A stretch of 64,000 nucleotides of DNA from an uncultured Methanosarcinaceae archaeon (GTDB taxonomy: Archaea; Halobacteriota; Methanosarcinia; Methanosarcinales; Methanosarcinaceae), in assembly GCA_963721455.1 (NCBI GenBank), contig CAVRJG010000039.1, positions 160,001 through 224,000 of the forward strand, in the 5' to 3' direction. Below the pieces are notes generated by a model that worked only from the letters and a program-made list of their open reading frames with translations, was not told where the DNA came from and made no database searches. The translations under genes were made by a program, and so were the position numbers. Shown one piece after another: positions 60,299-64,000 of the stretch. The first letter of the stretch is position 1, and every line of letters begins with the position of its first letter.

Positions 60299-60320
60299 GG
60301 CTTTTCATAAATGAAAAGCC
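60299..60320. promoter_or_regulatory. Perfect 10-bp inverted repeat with 2-bp spacer, candidate operator
   Basis: GGCTTTTCAT-AA-ATGAAAAGCC between a minus-strand TATA-like box (~60365) and the DUF2111 start. Confidence 0.5.
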
Positions 60321-60372
60321 GGGTTCCACTTTTCGGGCATATTTAGAATATGTTTTTTCAAAGAATATATAA

Positions 60373-61035
60373 TCACTCCCTATCCTCAAGTGCTTTTATA
60401 AACGCCTGCTTATGCAGTTCCCCTGACTCATGGATTCCACCAAGATCGCCACGGGAAGCCCGGCAGGGGTAATGCTGGATCAACAGCCCGGCTCTGGGGG
60501 GCGCATCTTTTACAGGAGTTCCAACGATTTCTTTTGCCATATGCCAGGTACTCCCACATGGAGCGCCTTTTATTACCTCGACGCCGGCGATTTTTCCGTC
60601 TTTTGTCTTTACTTTCAGGATAGGAGACCCAAAGATATCCGCAAATGGCCTGTTGAAGGCATTGGGTTCAAGGCTACAGCAGAGCTCATCTACCTCGATA
60701 TCCATGCCTGAAACTTCGGAGATCTTTTTGAGTTCGGGAATCGAAGCTCTGGACGGCCCACCCGGAACGATCAGGGAACGCACACCAGCCTCTGCCGCGA
60801 GCCTTGCAATTGCAGATGTCAGATCCGAATGCAGAGAGTAAGTAATTACGATTTCGGCAGAAAAAACGCTTCTGTCGAAATTAAGAGTTTCCAGGAATTC
60901 ATCAGGCTCTTCAATGAATACAGGCACGAACTCAGGCAAGTCCGCAGTTACAACTGAAAAATCGCTGTGTTCCCTGACAGTCTCGATCAGGCGGTGCCCG
61001 TACTTGCCCCGCGTAATAACTCCTATTATAGTCAT
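60373..61035 (-). CDS. DUF166-family protein
   Basis: GKYGHR, YSLHSD, ELCCSL, FGSP, GAPCGSTW and HYPCRA motifs. Confidence 0.8.
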   Translation of the reverse strand: MTIIGVITRGKYGHRLIETVREHSDFSVVTADLPEFVPVFIEEPDEFLETLNFDRSVFSAEIVITYSLHSDLTSAIARLAAEAGVRSLIVPGGPSRASIPELKKISEVSGMDIEVDELCCSLEPNAFNRPFADIFGSPILKVKTKDGKIAGVEVIKGAPCGSTWHMAKEIVGTPVKDAPPRAGLLIQHYPCRASRGDLGGIHESGELHKQAFIKALEDRE

Positions 61036-61188
61036 CACTCCAAGCTATTTTTAATATTGTATAAATAGATGCTTATTTTATTTGGAACTCCTGCCCTGAC
61101 TCGCCATCCATATGGAAATCCCTATAGAATATAAATACAGATAGTGCGTTTCAATAAAAACCTTTAAAGAAAAAAAAAGACGGTTCTT

Positions 61189-61806
61189 ATGAGAGGCAAA
61201 CTGATCACACTTGAGGGTATTGACGGTTCGGGTAAAAGCACAGTTGCAAAAAAACTTCAGGAAAACCCTGAAATTAAAGCCTTTGAACCTGTTTTTACAA
61301 GGGAGCCAACGAGAGGCACTCTTACTGGAAATGCTGTGGAAAAAGCCATCCAGTCGGATACCGACCAGCTTGCCGAACTCTTTCTTTTTACAGCTGACCA
61401 TGCCGAACATCTGGCAAAGCTTGTAAGGCCTGCGCTTGAGAGTGGAAAAACAGTGATTTCTGACCGCTATTCCGACAGCCGATATGCTTACCAGAGCATA
61501 ACCCTGAAAACCCGCCTGGAAAATCCACTTGAATGGGTAAAGAATCTGCACGAAGGCTGGACTATTGTTCCGGACCTGACTTTTCTGTTTGATATCAGGC
61601 CCGAAATCTCAGTTGGACGCTGCGGGAAGCGAGGAGAGCAAAGCAAGTTCGAGAAAATAGAGTTTTTACGAGGAGTCAGGGAGACTTTCCTCAGGCTTGC
61701 GGCAGAAGATTCTGAACGTTTTATTGTAATCGATGCTTCCTTCTCCCCTGAAAACGTCGAAAAGGAAGTCGCCGAAAAAATTCTGGAGTTCCTGAGCAGG
61801 AACTGA
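61189..61806 (+). CDS. tmk: Thymidylate kinase
   Basis: LEGIDGSGKST, TREPT, ISDRYSDS, PDLTFLFD and SKFEK motifs. Confidence 0.95.
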   Translation: MRGKLITLEGIDGSGKSTVAKKLQENPEIKAFEPVFTREPTRGTLTGNAVEKAIQSDTDQLAELFLFTADHAEHLAKLVRPALESGKTVISDRYSDSRYAYQSITLKTRLENPLEWVKNLHEGWTIVPDLTFLFDIRPEISVGRCGKRGEQSKFEKIEFLRGVRETFLRLAAEDSERFIVIDASFSPENVEKEVAEKILEFLSRN

Positions 61807-61861
61807 CCAGACAGACGGGTCAAACCGGAAAAATTAAACCCGAAAAAAGAGAAATATCCTG

Positions 61862-62122
61862 TTAGAGCTCGTTATCATCCGCGAATTTGATCAGGGCTTC
61901 CCCTAACATCCTGACATGGGTAGGGTTAAGGTTGAACCTGGACTTTTTTACTCCTCCCCGTTCCTTTGCGAGCTCGACATATTCCTTTTCGAAACGGTCA
62001 CTGTGAGCCAGGGAGATGGTCATGTACCAGCCTCCCCCCATCTTGATCTCCACATACCCATCTCCGCTTCTCTCTTCAGTATTTTCCTCAACATTCTCTT
62101 CAGACATGTTTTCCTTTACCAT
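61862..62122 (-). CDS. Small hypothetical protein
   Basis: GAGGT RBS before MVKENM; acidic N-terminus followed by a beta-strand/helix pattern. Confidence 0.7.
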   Translation of the reverse strand: MVKENMSEENVEENTEERSGDGYVEIKMGGGWYMTISLAHSDRFEKEYVELAKERGGVKKSRFNLNPTHVRMLGEALIKFADDNEL

Positions 62123-62242
62123 ACTGTAAACCTCACAATTCTTAGTGTTTAAAGTGGAATCTGCTGTTTGAATATAAAGATATTCGATAGATTGTATACC
62201 AGACATATAAGGTAGGAGTAAAAACATTCCCGATATGCATGA

Positions 62243-62977
62243 TCACCTTTTGTTATCCGCTTTAAGCCCTGAACTCAGCACATCCGGAGAAACCAGCCCT
62301 GAGTGAACTGCAGTTGCGACCAGTGCCCCTTTTATCCCGAGTCTATCGAGAGTAAAAAGGTCTTCCATATCCTTGACTCCTCCTGCAAGCAGCACACTGT
62401 GCCTGGAGCTTTCAACCAGTTTGCGAAGGAATTCAGGATCAAAGCCTGAGGCAGTTCCGACCCTGTCAAGGTCAAGAAAAATAAGGTCTTTTAAGGGGAA
62501 ATTATTTAACACTTTTACGATTTCAAAAGGAGATTCAGGAATCTCGGGATCTTCTTTCAGGACTTTTCCATGCTTCATATCAATGCTAACACTGATCCTT
62601 CCCGGGTTTCCGAAAGCTGCGTCTTTGATTGCTGAAAGCGTGCCTGTTTCTGTGCCTATCACAGCAGTCCCCGCAATGGAAAGAGCTTTGTCCACGCCTT
62701 CTGGAGATGAGATCCCGAAATCAAGCATCGTGTCTGCTCTTAAACTCACTTCCCGGATAATTCCGGCATTTGTTTCGAGAGGTCCCTTGCCCTGCAGTAC
62801 ATTAAGGTCGGCAATATAGACTTCCCTGGGCTGCAGGAGTTTGACCATTTCCACAGGGTCCGAGCTGCCACATACAGCACTTGAATCCGAAACCGGAAGA
62901 TACTTTTCCCTGACACCGCCTTTTGCAAGAACTACTCTACGGTTAAATATATCCATCACAAAAACTACGCGGAACAT
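62243..62977 (-). CDS. HisA/HisF-related TIM-barrel protein (H4MPT/methanofuran-pathway associated)
   Basis: VYIADLN, VIGTET, VSIDMK, FLDLDRVGTASG and LAGGVK...ALVATAVH motifs; divergent from mfnB. Confidence 0.85.
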   Translation of the reverse strand: MFRVVFVMDIFNRRVVLAKGGVREKYLPVSDSSAVCGSSDPVEMVKLLQPREVYIADLNVLQGKGPLETNAGIIREVSLRADTMLDFGISSPEGVDKALSIAGTAVIGTETGTLSAIKDAAFGNPGRISVSIDMKHGKVLKEDPEIPESPFEIVKVLNNFPLKDLIFLDLDRVGTASGFDPEFLRKLVESSRHSVLLAGGVKDMEDLFTLDRLGIKGALVATAVHSGLVSPDVLSSGLKADNKR

Positions 62978-63089
62978 ACTTATTCCATAGTTGCATCATC
63001 CTATAAAAAAATATAAAATAAAGTTTATTGTATAAAAAGGATAATATTCCTCATATGATTCAAATTCCATGTTTAGTTAGAGGATTTTT

Positions 63090-63794
63090 ATGAAACTGCT
63101 TGTAAGTCCAATCAATAGAGAGGAAGCAATTATCGCTTCCAGAGGCGGCGCAGACATTGTGGATGTCAAAAACCCGAAAGAAGGTTCCCTTGGTGCGAAT
63201 TTCCCGTGGATAATAAGGGATATAAAAGAGGCTGTAGATGGTAGACAGCCGATAAGCGCAACCATAGGAGATTTTAATTACAAACCAGGGACTGCTTCCC
63301 TTGCAGCATTTGGAGCAGCAGTTGCAGGAGCGGATTACATCAAGGTGGGCCTTTACGATATTCAGACTGAAGCCCAGGCCCTTGAGCTTCTCACAAAAAT
63401 AACACGAGCTGTAAAGGATTACGACTCGACAAAGAAAGTAGTTGCCTCAGGATATTCGGACTACAAACGTATCAATTCGATTTCTCCACTATTGCTTCCT
63501 TCAATTGCCGCAGAGGCTGGGGTAGATGTAGTAATGGTTGATACAGCGATCAAGGATGGAAAATCTACCTTTGAGTTCATGGATGAGAAAGAACTTAAAA
63601 AATTCACTGAACTTGCCCATGAATACGGACTTGAAAACGCGATTGCCGGTTCCCTGAAATTTGAGGATCTTCCGGTACTTGAAAGGATAGGACCAGACAT
63701 TATTGGTGTCCGGGGAATGGTCTGCGGCGGAGACAGAGGAACTGCAATCCGGCAGGAACTGGTAGAAAAGCTTGTAGCTGAGTGTCAGGCCTGA
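63090..63794 (+). CDS. mfnB: (5-formylfuran-3-yl)methyl phosphate synthase (methanofuran biosynthesis)
   Basis: LLVSP, DVKNPKEGSLGANFPW, SATIGD, YIKVG, MVDTAIKDG, AGSL and GVRG motifs. Confidence 0.93.
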   Translation: MKLLVSPINREEAIIASRGGADIVDVKNPKEGSLGANFPWIIRDIKEAVDGRQPISATIGDFNYKPGTASLAAFGAAVAGADYIKVGLYDIQTEAQALELLTKITRAVKDYDSTKKVVASGYSDYKRINSISPLLLPSIAAEAGVDVVMVDTAIKDGKSTFEFMDEKELKKFTELAHEYGLENAIAGSLKFEDLPVLERIGPDIIGVRGMVCGGDRGTAIRQELVEKLVAECQA

Positions 63795-64000
63795 GAAATC
63801 CTGTGAATTCAATATAAAACTTGAAATTTATGCCGGCAGGTCGTTCAGGCAGGCCGGCCAAAACATAAATATACGCAGATAACTATTTTTAGACTGATGT
63901 TTATTTTTGGACATATTGGGATTACTCTGGGGATCTTTTATTTCCTGAGCTGCTTATCTTCAAAAAATAGCTTCTGGGAAAAAGTTCCGTGGATTGCAAT

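Noticed and set aside
63880-64000. Possible repeat element ending GGATTGCAAT, similar to the 15.7 kb relic
   Set aside because: Truncated by the window edge; too little sequence to support a call.

Overview
Chromosomal window from a Methanosarcina-type methanogenic archaeon, judged from gene content and order. It opens with the 3' end of an energy-converting-hydrogenase-related (Ehr/Hyf-like) operon, followed by a hybrid histidine kinase/receiver/Msr-regulator cluster and a frameshifted Na+/K+-like P-type ATPase. The methanol methyltransferase region follows: mtaA, a RamA-type activase, CobW-type GTPases, mtaC-mtaB, a SatP transporter, a CDF transporter, two hydantoinase-A-like paralogs and two Msr regulators. 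A 2.8 kb MITE-rich accessory patch lies next to tRNA-Arg(GCG). The rest is largely housekeeping: ychF, a cis-prenyltransferase partner, nrpR, sufCB, a PAS kinase, a FAD/FeS oxidoreductase, thermosome, tgtA, a UbiA/GGR/radical-SAM operon, serB, mtd, tmk and mfnB. Strongest leads: (1) the UbiA + divergent geranylgeranyl-reductase-like + radical-SAM operon as a candidate pathway for methanophenazine or another prenyl ether; (2) an Ehr module lacking both the NiFe ligands and all four canonical FeS cysteines; (3) a membrane-anchored protein of 16 heptads, each carrying an N-x-T sequon; (4) a promoter-associated structured sRNA candidate upstream of mtaCB; (5) a dispersed two-hairpin element with compensatory changes; (6) a deletion scar leaving msr and CobW relics. 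All calls come from motif recognition by eye; no database searches were run. M. acetivorans locus tags are quoted from memory.
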